Shown here: one piece after another, positions 37,207 to 46,626 of the stretch | How the letters are laid out: the number at the start of each line of letters is the position of its first letter | Position numbering within the stretch: position 1 is the first letter of the stretch | Origin: a virus | Direction: 5' to 3' (one strand) | Virus genome (UHGV): UHGV-0248979 | DNA length: 64,000 bases | Made by a program: the position numbers and the translations under genes | Notes under the pieces: generated by a model | The model's input: the letters and a program-made list of their open reading frames with translations, nothing else | The model's database searches: none | Told to the model about the DNA's origin: nothing

Positions 37207-38339
37207 TATTTAACCTCAATCAGCGACAACCTGCACCATTCCAGTAAGCCCTCCGCAACACGCACCAACGAAGTAGTAAAGGCATCTTCTAAACGCAGCG
37301 CGTTTTTATACCGGACAGTAGCATCGCGTAACTCACGGCCATCTAACGATTTCAGCTCTTTTTTCATTCGCTGAACTTCATCGTAAATACCGGTATAACC
37401 AACACTACGTCGTTTCGTACCACGCTGACGTAACGCTCGGATAATGTTTCTAACAGCGTCTAGAGCTGAACCGATTTCGTGCAAGTTCAGAGATTTGATT
37501 GTGTGGCCAAAATCACCATCGCGGGCAATCGCCCACTCAATCTTACCGTTGTCGTGTTCAACGACCACCACGTTACCAGGCCACGGATACGCTTTCACCG
37601 TTTTAAACGGATCAATAATACCGAACAGTCCTGCGCTTCGTTTAATCGCCCAGTTCGTCGACCGACCCACTTTCTCCAAACCGCTCTCGGTAACTTTCTT
37701 GCTCTTACCGATAATAGTGCGTGTTTTAACGGTATACTCGTTGACCATCGCATCCATTGCGCTCAGGTTCTTACTGAATTCAATACATGCTTTTACGTTA
37801 GGCTTGTCTTCTAAACAAACTTTGGTTGTCCAACTTCCCGTGTCGCAGTCGACAGGCTTTAACGTGTCCTTGATGCCGAGTAAACTTAGCTTTGCGGTTA
37901 ACTTTTGCAGTTTGCGTTCTAAAGTCGTCGCTTTAGACGTCGCTTCTTTTAATTCCTTTATGACTTCTTTACCGGCGGCTTCCGCGAAGTCGACAAAACG
38001 TAACGCAAGTTGCTTAGAATGCTTACCTGCGAAGTTTCCAGTTGCCTTAGCCCCCGCTACCGCTGCCTTTCCAGCAACACGACTAGCCCCTTTAACCGCT
38101 CTGCCGGTCGCGCGTGCGACCGCTTTACCTACTCCTGCGTAAGGCTCAGTGTCCGCAACAAATTGCGCGCGTTCCATCATCGCTGCAGACTCTAGCGCAA
38201 CCTGCACATCGTCTAAAACCCACCGTTTTCGGATAGCGACAATCGCCGGATAATTGTCTTTAACATTAAGCGACTCTAACGCGACCAATCGATCGTAGTC
38301 ATCGCAAAGGACTTCTAAATCGGAATCTAATGTTGACAT
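37206..38339 (-). CDS. hypothetical protein
   Basis: 377 aa with an Ala/Lys/Gly-rich segment. Confidence 0.55.
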   Translation of the reverse strand: MSTLDSDLEVLCDDYDRLVALESLNVKDNYPAIVAIRKRWVLDDVQVALESAAMMERAQFVADTEPYAGVGKAVARATGRAVKGASRVAGKAAVAGAKATGNFAGKHSKQLALRFVDFAEAAGKEVIKELKEATSKATTLERKLQKLTAKLSLLGIKDTLKPVDCDTGSWTTKVCLEDKPNVKACIEFSKNLSAMDAMVNEYTVKTRTIIGKSKKVTESGLEKVGRSTNWAIKRSAGLFGIIDPFKTVKAYPWPGNVVVVEHDNGKIEWAIARDGDFGHTIKSLNLHEIGSALDAVRNIIRALRQRGTKRRSVGYTGIYDEVQRMKKELKSLDGRELRDATVRYKNALRLEDAFTTSLVRVAEGLLEWCRLSLIEVK

Positions 38340-38389
38340 CCTTTACCCCATTTTAAGCTAAAGCGGGGAGAAGCCCGCCCTGACTAACT

Positions 38390-38938
38390 TCATAATAAGC
38401 GTAGGTCTTCTAACCACTTAGATGCATCCGTAACATGATAATAGCAAGGGATGTTCAGTGACTGCGCATAGCGGACACCCATTGCTGTACCACCTTTTGG
38501 ATTTCCCTTTTTATCGTGTTCAGCGTAATAATAGACCGCATCTACGGGGTTGTCTAAAGCGTCACCGGATACAATATTTAAGTTTCGTCCATGCAAAGCC
38601 CAAGCTATATCCGATAGCTTATCGGGATTAGGGTGAAGCGATGCCACAATCCCACGATAACGAATGTCTTGAGGGATAACGAGAAAGTCAACATTCGGAT
38701 GTAACTTACGTAACCACAACTTACGATCGTCGGGCAAATAGCAAATATGTGGACCTGGTTCAGTACGCGCTAACATAAACTGTAATTGGTCTGGCCCTTT
38801 ATAACAACCACCCGAACGGGTTTCGATTTTGTGCTGTTTATTACGAAGAATTTTGAACCCGCGTTGCAACACGTCCAACATTTCTTGCATCGTGTCTTCG
38901 GGAGTTTCTCGAGAACCAATAATAGCGATTTTATACAT
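38390..38938 (-). CDS. SLOG/DprA/LOG-like Rossmann-fold protein (putative nucleotide-processing enzyme)
   Basis: N-terminal KIAIIGSRETP followed by SGGCYKGPD, resembling the GSR + glycine-loop motifs of DprA/LOG-type domains; weak by-eye call. Confidence 0.4.
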   Translation of the reverse strand: MYKIAIIGSRETPEDTMQEMLDVLQRGFKILRNKQHKIETRSGGCYKGPDQLQFMLARTEPGPHICYLPDDRKLWLRKLHPNVDFLVIPQDIRYRGIVASLHPNPDKLSDIAWALHGRNLNIVSGDALDNPVDAVYYYAEHDKKGNPKGGTAMGVRYAQSLNIPCYYHVTDASKWLEDLRLL

Positions 38939-38967
38939 TTGTCACCTCCATACTGAAGTTGTGAAGT

Positions 38968-39003
38968 GAAAAAAAGAAAGCAGGAGAGAACCCCGAAAAG
39001 GTT
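38968..39003 (-). terminator. rho-independent terminator
   Basis: Hairpin ggagagaacc-ccgaaaa-ggttctctcc with an adjacent T-run. Confidence 0.65.
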
Positions 39004-39023
39004 CTCTCCTATCGTTGACGATA

Positions 39024-39686
39024 TCACTCTTCTAAACTACTTAAAACGGCAGTTTCGAGTAACGCTTTACCCATCCAGACATCCAACTCACCATCTAAGT
39101 CAGCTAAAGGGCGCTTATCCAGTTCGTTGTTGTAGTTAAGTCCGTCAAGGGTTTTATTCGTAATAATTTGCCCAATATGAAGCGGTAGAATAAAACGATT
39201 TCGTGCGCTATAAATAAACGAATCACATTCGTAAACTACCGCATAGCGCTCAAGATCGTCATCATACTCAACATGGCACTGCGAGCCAGTGTCCCATGCA
39301 CGTGACAAAACCATACCACGATCTTGACACATCTTCTCTACTGACGCTTTCGCGGACTTTGCCCATTTATCGTAATTTTTCGGTTGGCCGTTTTCGAAAT
39401 CGAACCAATCCAGATACTTACCGGGAATCTCAAGAAAGTCGTTTAGTTGAAGTTTTGTGTAAGATACCATCACCGCGTCATTAATATCGTTGCGGTTAGT
39501 TAACTTTACCCGATACCGACCTTCCGGTGTGGGTGCACCCATTAAAGAAACATCCACTTTCTCAGCCGAAAGCTTTTTACGTACACTGCCGTTATTACAG
39601 TAGCTGACGAGGTTGAGTAAGTTCTGTCTATGACCAACTTCAAAATCAATTACAAAAGACATACAAACTCCGCGGGGGTTAATCAC
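39024..39686 (-). CDS. hypothetical protein
   Basis: 220-aa ORF. Confidence 0.55.
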   Translation of the reverse strand: MINPRGVCMSFVIDFEVGHRQNLLNLVSYCNNGSVRKKLSAEKVDVSLMGAPTPEGRYRVKLTNRNDINDAVMVSYTKLQLNDFLEIPGKYLDWFDFENGQPKNYDKWAKSAKASVEKMCQDRGMVLSRAWDTGSQCHVEYDDDLERYAVVYECDSFIYSARNRFILPLHIGQIITNKTLDGLNYNNELDKRPLADLDGELDVWMGKALLETAVLSSLEE

Positions 39687-40078
39687 TAATACCCGTATAA
39701 CGGGTAGCGTGCGGTGATCTCATCACCGACATAAAAAGTTAAACGTTGGATTTTAATACTTTTATTTACATAGGGTACAGTTTCTAACGTTACCTTTACA
39801 CCGGCAGAACAGCTTCCAGGATCAACAAACTGATATGTACGTCGTTTGATATTTACCAAATAGTAGCCACCCGCTGGGCACAGTTCGGTTTTGCCATAAT
39901 TTACCGTGGCAAACTCATCGTTTTGAACCGCAACGACTGGTTGGTCGGTAGATTTAAATACGACAGGTTTATCCCCTGGCACCGTAGGTTCAAAACGACT
40001 AATATCGTGCGGTTTAAATTCCGCTATCGCGGAAAATGAAAGTAACGTTAGAAAAAGGGTAATAACAGATCTTTTCAT
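39686..40078 (-). CDS. secreted (periplasmic) protein with signal peptide
   Basis: 130 aa; N-terminal signal sequence MKRSVITLFLTLLSFSAIA; four Cys in the mature part. Confidence 0.6.
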   Translation of the reverse strand: MKRSVITLFLTLLSFSAIAEFKPHDISRFEPTVPGDKPVVFKSTDQPVVAVQNDEFATVNYGKTELCPAGGYYLVNIKRRTYQFVDPGSCSAGVKVTLETVPYVNKSIKIQRLTFYVGDEITARYPLYGY

Positions 40079-40554
40079 CAGTATACCTCATCAAGATGTT
40101 CGCGTAGCCATGGTTTCGACTCTAAGCGCGGAATCATGTTCCGCGTGTTCGGCGAAAACCATAACGCTTCGCGATATTTCTTTTTGAAACGTTCCCAGTG
40201 ATACGAGAATGGCTTGGGTGTAAAACCGCGCTCTTTTAGCACCTCCTCCCAAACCAAGTCTTTAATAAAATCATCCACTAAAATTAATACCAGCGCTTTC
40301 CATTTACTACGTCGGTAGTGCCGTGTAAAAGATTTGCGGAGATCAGAAAAGTCCTCTCGTCGCCGAGAACGTACTACTGGAGTTGCCTTCTCTTTAAATT
40401 GCGAACAAGGATTATGTTCTATTATCGTTACAGGAACACCCCGAACACGACCTGTACGCAAGTCAATCTCGTGAGCGGGGATAACTTCAACGCAACGTAA
40501 CACTTTTGCTTTATTGCCTTCCAAGCACCGCGTCTCATATTCGACACGAATCAT
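40078..40554 (-). CDS. hypothetical basic protein
   Basis: 158 aa, Arg/Lys-rich. Confidence 0.55.
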   Translation of the reverse strand: MIRVEYETRCLEGNKAKVLRCVEVIPAHEIDLRTGRVRGVPVTIIEHNPCSQFKEKATPVVRSRRREDFSDLRKSFTRHYRRSKWKALVLILVDDFIKDLVWEEVLKERGFTPKPFSYHWERFKKKYREALWFSPNTRNMIPRLESKPWLREHLDEVY

Positions 40555-40573
40555 TTTGGGCTCTCAACCATTT

Positions 40574-41050
40574 CTAATAAATCTTATCCGCAACAGAGAG
40601 AAAGATGGGGGTGTTTTCAATAAAATCCACCAAATATCCTTCTTCTGGCGGGGTGTATGACGAATCAATGTTACTGTTCGTCATACGAAAATACCGACGG
40701 GAGTCACTGGCAATAAACCATCGGTCTATTTGGAAGCCTTTTTTGGAAAAGAAACACAGCCCGTCGATGTTTGAGGGATGAACACGACACATCACCATTT
40801 GACGATCTGAATTGAGTTGAACGTATTTCAGTAAAAAGGAACCTACACCACTGCGACGAGAACCCTCGGCCACCACCAGATAAATAAGATTCCCCGGTTC
40901 CCAGATTGCAACCCCATGTGTAATATCGTCTTCAACGGCCAAAGTGATTCTAACCGGCGTTTCACGAATCGAATTTAAGTCTTTCACATATTCGCACAAT
41001 TCAGGAAATTTAGCAGAGATTTTGTCTTCGGTAATATTTAACGGTTGCAT
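40574..41050 (-). CDS. GNAT family N-acetyltransferase
   Basis: 158 aa; motif VVAEGSRRSGVGSFLL. Confidence 0.7.
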   Translation of the reverse strand: MQPLNITEDKISAKFPELCEYVKDLNSIRETPVRITLAVEDDITHGVAIWEPGNLIYLVVAEGSRRSGVGSFLLKYVQLNSDRQMVMCRVHPSNIDGLCFFSKKGFQIDRWFIASDSRRYFRMTNSNIDSSYTPPEEGYLVDFIENTPIFLSVADKIY

Positions 41051-41712
41051 TATTGTTCCCCTATCGATAAAACATTTTTAACAAATTCATCCCACGTGGT
41101 GTTCCCACCAGAAGTAAATAAACTGCTAAGTGGGACGTTTCGATGTTGTGGAATAATTGCATCGAGTTTCGTTACTGGAACTTCGCTCCATAAAGCCCAA
41201 CCGTACAACCCTTCCACCGTTTTTCTCTCACCACGTAGGGTCGGCACCCACCAAGCAAACTGAATGAATCTTTTACCGCGACAGATTTTAAGGGCGGTAG
41301 TAAAACCGTGGTCTAACATCCGAACGTCGTCAAACTTACAATTAATCGAGAAAATACCATAGCGGGTGAGTAATCTCCTTATCTGAAGTCTTAGGTCATT
41401 CTGATACTCGTTCAATTCGACAGCGTCTACAAAAACCTGTCCCTTCCCAACCCCAAACCCTTTCTTTTCTAAGTGCTCCGCTATTAACGCAGACGTACTC
41501 CCCTCCACACCCGGACAATCTAAACTGCCGGATAAAGGCACTGCACGATAATAGCGATGGACCGTCTCTTGAAAAGCGGTCGTAACAATTTTTTCGTCTT
41601 TAACGAAATCAACAATTTCCCCATTAGAGGCGACCAACGGTCCAACCTTCAGCTCCTGAATAGGTATCAGCAACGTTCTGGTCATTAAGCGTAACGGTTC
41701 CACAATTAACAC
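41050..41712 (-). CDS. hypothetical protein
   Basis: 220-aa ORF. Confidence 0.55.
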   Translation of the reverse strand: MLIVEPLRLMTRTLLIPIQELKVGPLVASNGEIVDFVKDEKIVTTAFQETVHRYYRAVPLSGSLDCPGVEGSTSALIAEHLEKKGFGVGKGQVFVDAVELNEYQNDLRLQIRRLLTRYGIFSINCKFDDVRMLDHGFTTALKICRGKRFIQFAWWVPTLRGERKTVEGLYGWALWSEVPVTKLDAIIPQHRNVPLSSLFTSGGNTTWDEFVKNVLSIGEQ

Positions 41713-41754
41713 TCCTTCTTTTAAGTCTCACACTATGTTTAAAAATTGTAAAAA

Positions 41755-41792
41755 TAAAAAGAAGTAACCTCTACCCGAAGGTAGAGGTTAAT
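41755..41792 (-). terminator. rho-independent terminator
   Basis: Hairpin aacctctacc-cgaa-ggtagaggtt with a T-run on the minus strand. Confidence 0.65.
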
Positions 41793-41793
41793 A

Positions 41794-42372
41794 TTATTTC
41801 GTTGTTGGGCTTTCTGTCTTCGACTTAAGCTGGCCTGATTTCTCAAGCTTCTTCTCAACAACTTTTGTGGCTATCTCAAGAGACTTATAAGCCAACGTTT
41901 TAATCGGCCAAGTCGCAAAAACAACCAATGCAAAGAACGGTACCAACGTCACAATCAGAACATCTAGACTGTCTTCTGGAAAATGTTGATGTGTGTCGTA
42001 ACCCAGGAACCCCGTTACAATAACCGTCGCCAACGTCAGAATGGCAATAATGAACTTCTGGGAAGCGGCTAATTTCGGCCATAAGGTTAGCATGGTTTCT
42101 TTACTAACCTCATCCCCGAGAGATTCCACAGCATCAGTTGCCTGCTGATGGAATTGTTCTGATAGTTTGCCTAAATTATCAATTAACGTCGGTCGTAAGT
42201 CGGAAAGAATCTTTGTTCCCGAACGGGTAACGTCAACATCGACTTCATCCCCATACGCCGCTTTCAAGAGTTTCGTTAACTGTTCAGATTGTTCTTTACT
42301 TAACTTTTTGTTTCCAGCTTGAATCAGCAAGTCAAGTATTTCAGTGGGTAGTGCTTGTGTGCTTGGTTCCAT
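41794..42372 (-). CDS. membrane protein (two predicted transmembrane helices)
   Basis: 192 aa; hydrophobic segments FIIAILTLATVIVTGFLGY and LIVTLVPFFALVVFATWPI. Confidence 0.6.
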   Translation of the reverse strand: MEPSTQALPTEILDLLIQAGNKKLSKEQSEQLTKLLKAAYGDEVDVDVTRSGTKILSDLRPTLIDNLGKLSEQFHQQATDAVESLGDEVSKETMLTLWPKLAASQKFIIAILTLATVIVTGFLGYDTHQHFPEDSLDVLIVTLVPFFALVVFATWPIKTLAYKSLEIATKVVEKKLEKSGQLKSKTESPTTK

Positions 42373-43016
42373 TAACGTTTTCTCCGACGCCTTCTCCGCC
42401 TGGAGGTCTTAGTCGACTTTTGTTTAGGCGGTAGCAAGCTATTTAAGTTTAACAGATTTACCCTGACGAAAATATTTCCCACCGCCACAGCATCAATGCT
42501 GTGCTCATCTAACGTTGTAATATCAAACAAAGCATGTTCACGGTAGAGCTTGGTCACGGCCCGAAACATATCGGTTTTATCCGTCCCCTTCGCTTCCACC
42601 CCAACGAATGATTTTACAATGATAGGATTGAAGCCGTGTAAAATTTTCTCCGGGTAAATATCCCACAAAGTACGTCGCAACATTAATTGTAGTTCGACGC
42701 CAGATTCATAAGCGGAGAGTTTTGCTCTCCGCATGAACGGTGTCTCAGTTGCAACGAAAGTTGGGCAGGCAATCCGAAGAAATTCACGGTAACAAGCTTC
42801 GAGCTTAACTAAACGATCGTCACGTTTACCGACACACTCTGCGAACGCATTTGGATGCGTTGGGTCTAATACATGCATGGTATCAGCCCAAACCACTTCG
42901 GCTTGATCGCTGCCGTATTCCCAATCCAATACTGCCATACCAAGATGGCTCGTACCGGGGTCTATTGCCGCGATTCTTACCATCTTATCTGGAAGTCTCG
43001 GCTCGGGTATCAACAT
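42372..43016 (-). CDS. RuvC-like Holliday junction resolvase with poly-Arg C-terminal tail
   Basis: N-terminal RIAAIDPGTSHLGMAVL resembling the RuvC/YqgF catalytic motif; C-terminal SRRRRRRRKR. Confidence 0.6.
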   Translation of the reverse strand: MLIPEPRLPDKMVRIAAIDPGTSHLGMAVLDWEYGSDQAEVVWADTMHVLDPTHPNAFAECVGKRDDRLVKLEACYREFLRIACPTFVATETPFMRRAKLSAYESGVELQLMLRRTLWDIYPEKILHGFNPIIVKSFVGVEAKGTDKTDMFRAVTKLYREHALFDITTLDEHSIDAVAVGNIFVRVNLLNLNSLLPPKQKSTKTSRRRRRRRKR

Positions 43017-43903
43017 CAGTTAGCTGTCCCCAGGAAGAACGGCGCAGGTTGTCCGATGCGAATGGTCAAAGACAGTTTGTCATTCGTCTGTGCCAGGTTG
43101 GTAAACATCGAAATATAGTACAGCGCCTGGACCCCAATCGCCTCGTTATAGCTGAATTTAGACCCAGCTGCAGAATCCCCGGACGCTACCTGGTCTAACC
43201 CAGAACAGAGTGCCAGTTCAGAGATAATTGAACTACGCGGACTACCACGCATAATGCTCGTTACGTTCATGTATTCCTGAACATCAAAGTCTGTCCACGG
43301 AATAACCAGGTCAGCACCAGATTCGACATAACGTCCGTCTGGAATTGCGACAGTACCATCGTCATCGTAATCGTAATCCGGCAATACTTTCGGCACGGGG
43401 TTTAATTCCGTGTCTGTGTACACAAAGTCTTCGACCGTCTCAACGCCGTTCTCACGCTTGATATCGTAGTCTGACGTTTTTACAGCACGCATGTCGATAC
43501 GTTTTAAGTAATACGCCCAATACTGACGTTTATTGATGGTTTCCAGAGTACGGAAGGCGTATTTCTTACGCTGTTCGTCAGACAGATCATTGTCTTTTGT
43601 ACGCAGGACAAACGGAACGCGGGAAAACATCCCGGAAGCAATAGGTTCTTTACCTACAGGTACAACGTCAGCCACCACATCAGAGGTGTCGACCATATGA
43701 CCACGGTTGCCAATTGCCATGTACTGCAAATGAGGACGCGCTTTACCATCCGGCACTGGCGTTTGCATGAGTTTATAGAACTCATTCAGTGTGGATTTTT
43801 GTGGGTATTGCACGTCAGCACCGGTAATTAATGCGGTAGCTAAACGCATCGCATTAAGCGTTACCGTCGAGAGTTTACCGTCGTAAACTTTGACATTAGA
43901 CAT
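43016..43903 (-). CDS. hypothetical protein
   Basis: 295-aa ORF. Confidence 0.6.
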   Translation of the reverse strand: MSNVKVYDGKLSTVTLNAMRLATALITGADVQYPQKSTLNEFYKLMQTPVPDGKARPHLQYMAIGNRGHMVDTSDVVADVVPVGKEPIASGMFSRVPFVLRTKDNDLSDEQRKKYAFRTLETINKRQYWAYYLKRIDMRAVKTSDYDIKRENGVETVEDFVYTDTELNPVPKVLPDYDYDDDGTVAIPDGRYVESGADLVIPWTDFDVQEYMNVTSIMRGSPRSSIISELALCSGLDQVASGDSAAGSKFSYNEAIGVQALYYISMFTNLAQTNDKLSLTIRIGQPAPFFLGTAN

Positions 43904-44423
43904 TGATTAATTCTCCTGGGCGGAACCCATCCAACGCCAATTTCGTCACAAGAGACGCCAATTTGCGTGGAGTGGAATCAGTAAATACGACCGGAATCGT
44001 TCCTTTAAAAGACAAATGATTCGGGACGAGACGAACATCATAAGAATCCAGTTCCTCTGAAATCGGCTCAATCATAATGTCGTCGGCACGCAGGTCGAGC
44101 CCTGTTTGTGCGACGATATAATCAGCCAACTCTTCGCTGGACGTTACTGCGCCTTTCGGTACACTCACCGGTTCATCGGCCAAGAACGTTGCCAAATCAA
44201 CGCGAGTTAAAATGAATTCCTGGTTACCGACAACGCCGTTACGGAAGACGGCAGCAACCTTTGATTCTAGTCCGTAACGTTGACGTTCTGCTAAGGTTAG
44301 CGGTTGAACGCCGTTTGCGTTAAACTCGATGTTATCAGCAGTATAGGATAGACTAAATACGTAGTTAATCCGGTCTACTAAAATTTGTTTAGGTGCTTTC
44401 GTTAAATCGACACGATATGCCAT
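43896..44423 (-). CDS. hypothetical protein
   Basis: 175-aa ORF. Confidence 0.6.
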   Translation of the reverse strand: MAYRVDLTKAPKQILVDRINYVFSLSYTADNIEFNANGVQPLTLAERQRYGLESKVAAVFRNGVVGNQEFILTRVDLATFLADEPVSVPKGAVTSSEELADYIVAQTGLDLRADDIMIEPISEELDSYDVRLVPNHLSFKGTIPVVFTDSTPRKLASLVTKLALDGFRPGELINV

Positions 44424-44430
44424 GGTTTTC

Positions 44431-46626
44431 TCACTTAGGTAGCTGGTCTAACGTAAACCCTTCGAGATCGTTAATTTTCACCTGTTCGCTTAACGACCAG
44501 TCGTCAAGTGAAGACTTGACCTTAACAACCCCGGTGGTCGGTTCATTAATATTCACCACGACTTGCTGATTCACTCTCACACGGATACCCATGTAAATGT
44601 TCATCCGTAGTTTGATGTGTTGCGGCATGGACAGCTCTTTAATCACCGGCGCTGCGGGAAGCACTTTGTCCGTCGTCATGTGTTGATGTCGCGTAACTGA
44701 CTGTACGCCTAAGAGAGGTTCAATGATGGTAACTGTACCCTCCCCACTCATAGGGATATCCCCTAAGATTGGACAAAGCGGGTCCATAACGTCGTAAGAA
44801 TCTGACCCCATCCGCGCAGCAAAATGTACGGTATACGACGAAAGCTTGGTCATCAATCGAACCATCGCACGTTGTATTTCAGATTGCGAAATAGTTGCAC
44901 GCGTTTCGAGGTTTGTTGCGGTGTTCAATGCATCAGTTGCGATATCTTGCCACGTCTCTGCGGAGACCAGTGTGTAGTCTAAACCGAAGGTCTTAAAGAA
45001 CTCATCGTAGTTACGATACTTTAACTTTAAATCACATCGGTAATCGCGATAATGGTAATCGAACAACATTAGGCCCGCTGCACGGTCGGGAATTTTACGG
45101 CGGTTTTGGCTGTAACGCCAACGGCGTCGCTTCTGCAAAATAATTTCATTAACAGTGTCGTAAAGTTCATCGGCACTGAGAATGGTTCCGACTACCTCGG
45201 TGTGGGTGTCGGTGTAGTAGTTAATCAGTGCGTCGAAACGGTGTTCCCAACTCGGGATAAGATGTTGTTCCATTTCATCGAACGAAACCCATCGTTTAAT
45301 CAAAACATCAAAAACGTTAAATACCGGGATTTCTTCAAGAGCGACATCGGAGTAACCTTTGTACGCGGCGTACAAAAACAACGCCAACAGCTCTTTCGAA
45401 CTCATTTTTAACGTGTCGCCGTTGGTCGGGTTAAGAATCTCGTGGTAGATGCTGTATTTTCCCTTCGCGACCAAATGCACCCATTCATTAAAGAGGTTAT
45501 GTGTGTATTCAAAACGCTCAATAGCTTCTGGGTCAACAGCGGTGACTTCTACGAGTTTCGTCGTTAAGTTGGGGTATTGTGTCAGACTCAGTCGGGTGTC
45601 TAAGTCTTCTTGATACTCCGGTTCGTACGCCGGGTTATTATACGCTAACCCCACCTCTTTTTGGATTATGTCCGTAGTGGCAACAATATCCAAATCGCGT
45701 CCAGAGTCTTTCTCTGTGTAGTTTAAAGATTGCTGATAGCCGATAGGTAACGGTGTTAAGGAATTATCATCGTTATCTTTCGGTTCGTGAATCTGCTGTG
45801 CAACATTATACCCAACCGCAGGCATTCCCCAACCTGTCAATAGCGCATCGATTTGCCAATCGAAGATCTCCTCTTTCCCTGAATTGCGTTCCCAGTATCG
45901 GATATTCCGATAAAGAATGAATTTTTGTTTCTGAGTCAGATACGGCATAAACTCATGCAGTTCCTGATGCGAAGCTAAAAATTCGGTAACGAAGAAAGAG
46001 TGCGTTTCTGTCGTATGCTGTAAAGAAGAACGTATATAACCAATTATGCCTGGTAACTGAGGAAACAACATGCAATAGAAAGCTAACACAAACGCATCGT
46101 TGTGGACCTTCCAACCCTCAGCCATGTAACGGACATGTGCCGCACGAATTCTCGCTTCCAGTCGGCTAATCAATGACGTCTCTTGCGATTCTACTAACGA
46201 GCTGTCGTAATACAAAATAGAACAATCGTCTACACGTAAAGCGTATTTTAAATCGATTGGCGTAAAGACGCCGCGAATATAAATCGCGTATTCGGGATAA
46301 CTTGCGATCAACGCCTCGATGTACTCAGCATTCGAACGAAAAACGTTAGAGGTCTTTTTATGACGGGACAGGTTGGCTGTCGTTAATTCTATCTGCTCTT
46401 GCGTGTCGAGCGACGTTATGTAAATGGGTTTATCCATTTCGTGACGTTGTCCTGCTAAATGCAGGTAGTATCGCCACGTACTACGGTTATCGGAAACGAA
46501 ACCGCCGTTCTCGGTTATTGCCAGATTCATCTGTTGTGCGATTGATTCTGATTTAATAATCAGCGATTTCGCCAACGTGATGTTCTGATCACGAAATATG
46601 TTAAATCTCTGCATCGGAGACCCCAA
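44431..46626 (-). CDS. large hypothetical protein (ATG start likely at 46614)
   Basis: 731 aa; no Walker motif or other recognisable signature. Confidence 0.65.
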   Translation of the reverse strand: MGSPMQRFNIFRDQNITLAKSLIIKSESIAQQMNLAITENGGFVSDNRSTWRYYLHLAGQRHEMDKPIYITSLDTQEQIELTTANLSRHKKTSNVFRSNAEYIEALIASYPEYAIYIRGVFTPIDLKYALRVDDCSILYYDSSLVESQETSLISRLEARIRAAHVRYMAEGWKVHNDAFVLAFYCMLFPQLPGIIGYIRSSLQHTTETHSFFVTEFLASHQELHEFMPYLTQKQKFILYRNIRYWERNSGKEEIFDWQIDALLTGWGMPAVGYNVAQQIHEPKDNDDNSLTPLPIGYQQSLNYTEKDSGRDLDIVATTDIIQKEVGLAYNNPAYEPEYQEDLDTRLSLTQYPNLTTKLVEVTAVDPEAIERFEYTHNLFNEWVHLVAKGKYSIYHEILNPTNGDTLKMSSKELLALFLYAAYKGYSDVALEEIPVFNVFDVLIKRWVSFDEMEQHLIPSWEHRFDALINYYTDTHTEVVGTILSADELYDTVNEIILQKRRRWRYSQNRRKIPDRAAGLMLFDYHYRDYRCDLKLKYRNYDEFFKTFGLDYTLVSAETWQDIATDALNTATNLETRATISQSEIQRAMVRLMTKLSSYTVHFAARMGSDSYDVMDPLCPILGDIPMSGEGTVTIIEPLLGVQSVTRHQHMTTDKVLPAAPVIKELSMPQHIKLRMNIYMGIRVRVNQQVVVNINEPTTGVVKVKSSLDDWSLSEQVKINDLEGFTLDQLPK

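Noticed and set aside
37444-38142. 232-aa and 111-aa plus-strand ORFs antisense to the 377-aa minus-strand gene
   Set aside because: Wholly embedded antisense frames with low-complexity translation and no RBS or promoter context; the minus-strand gene fits the operon.
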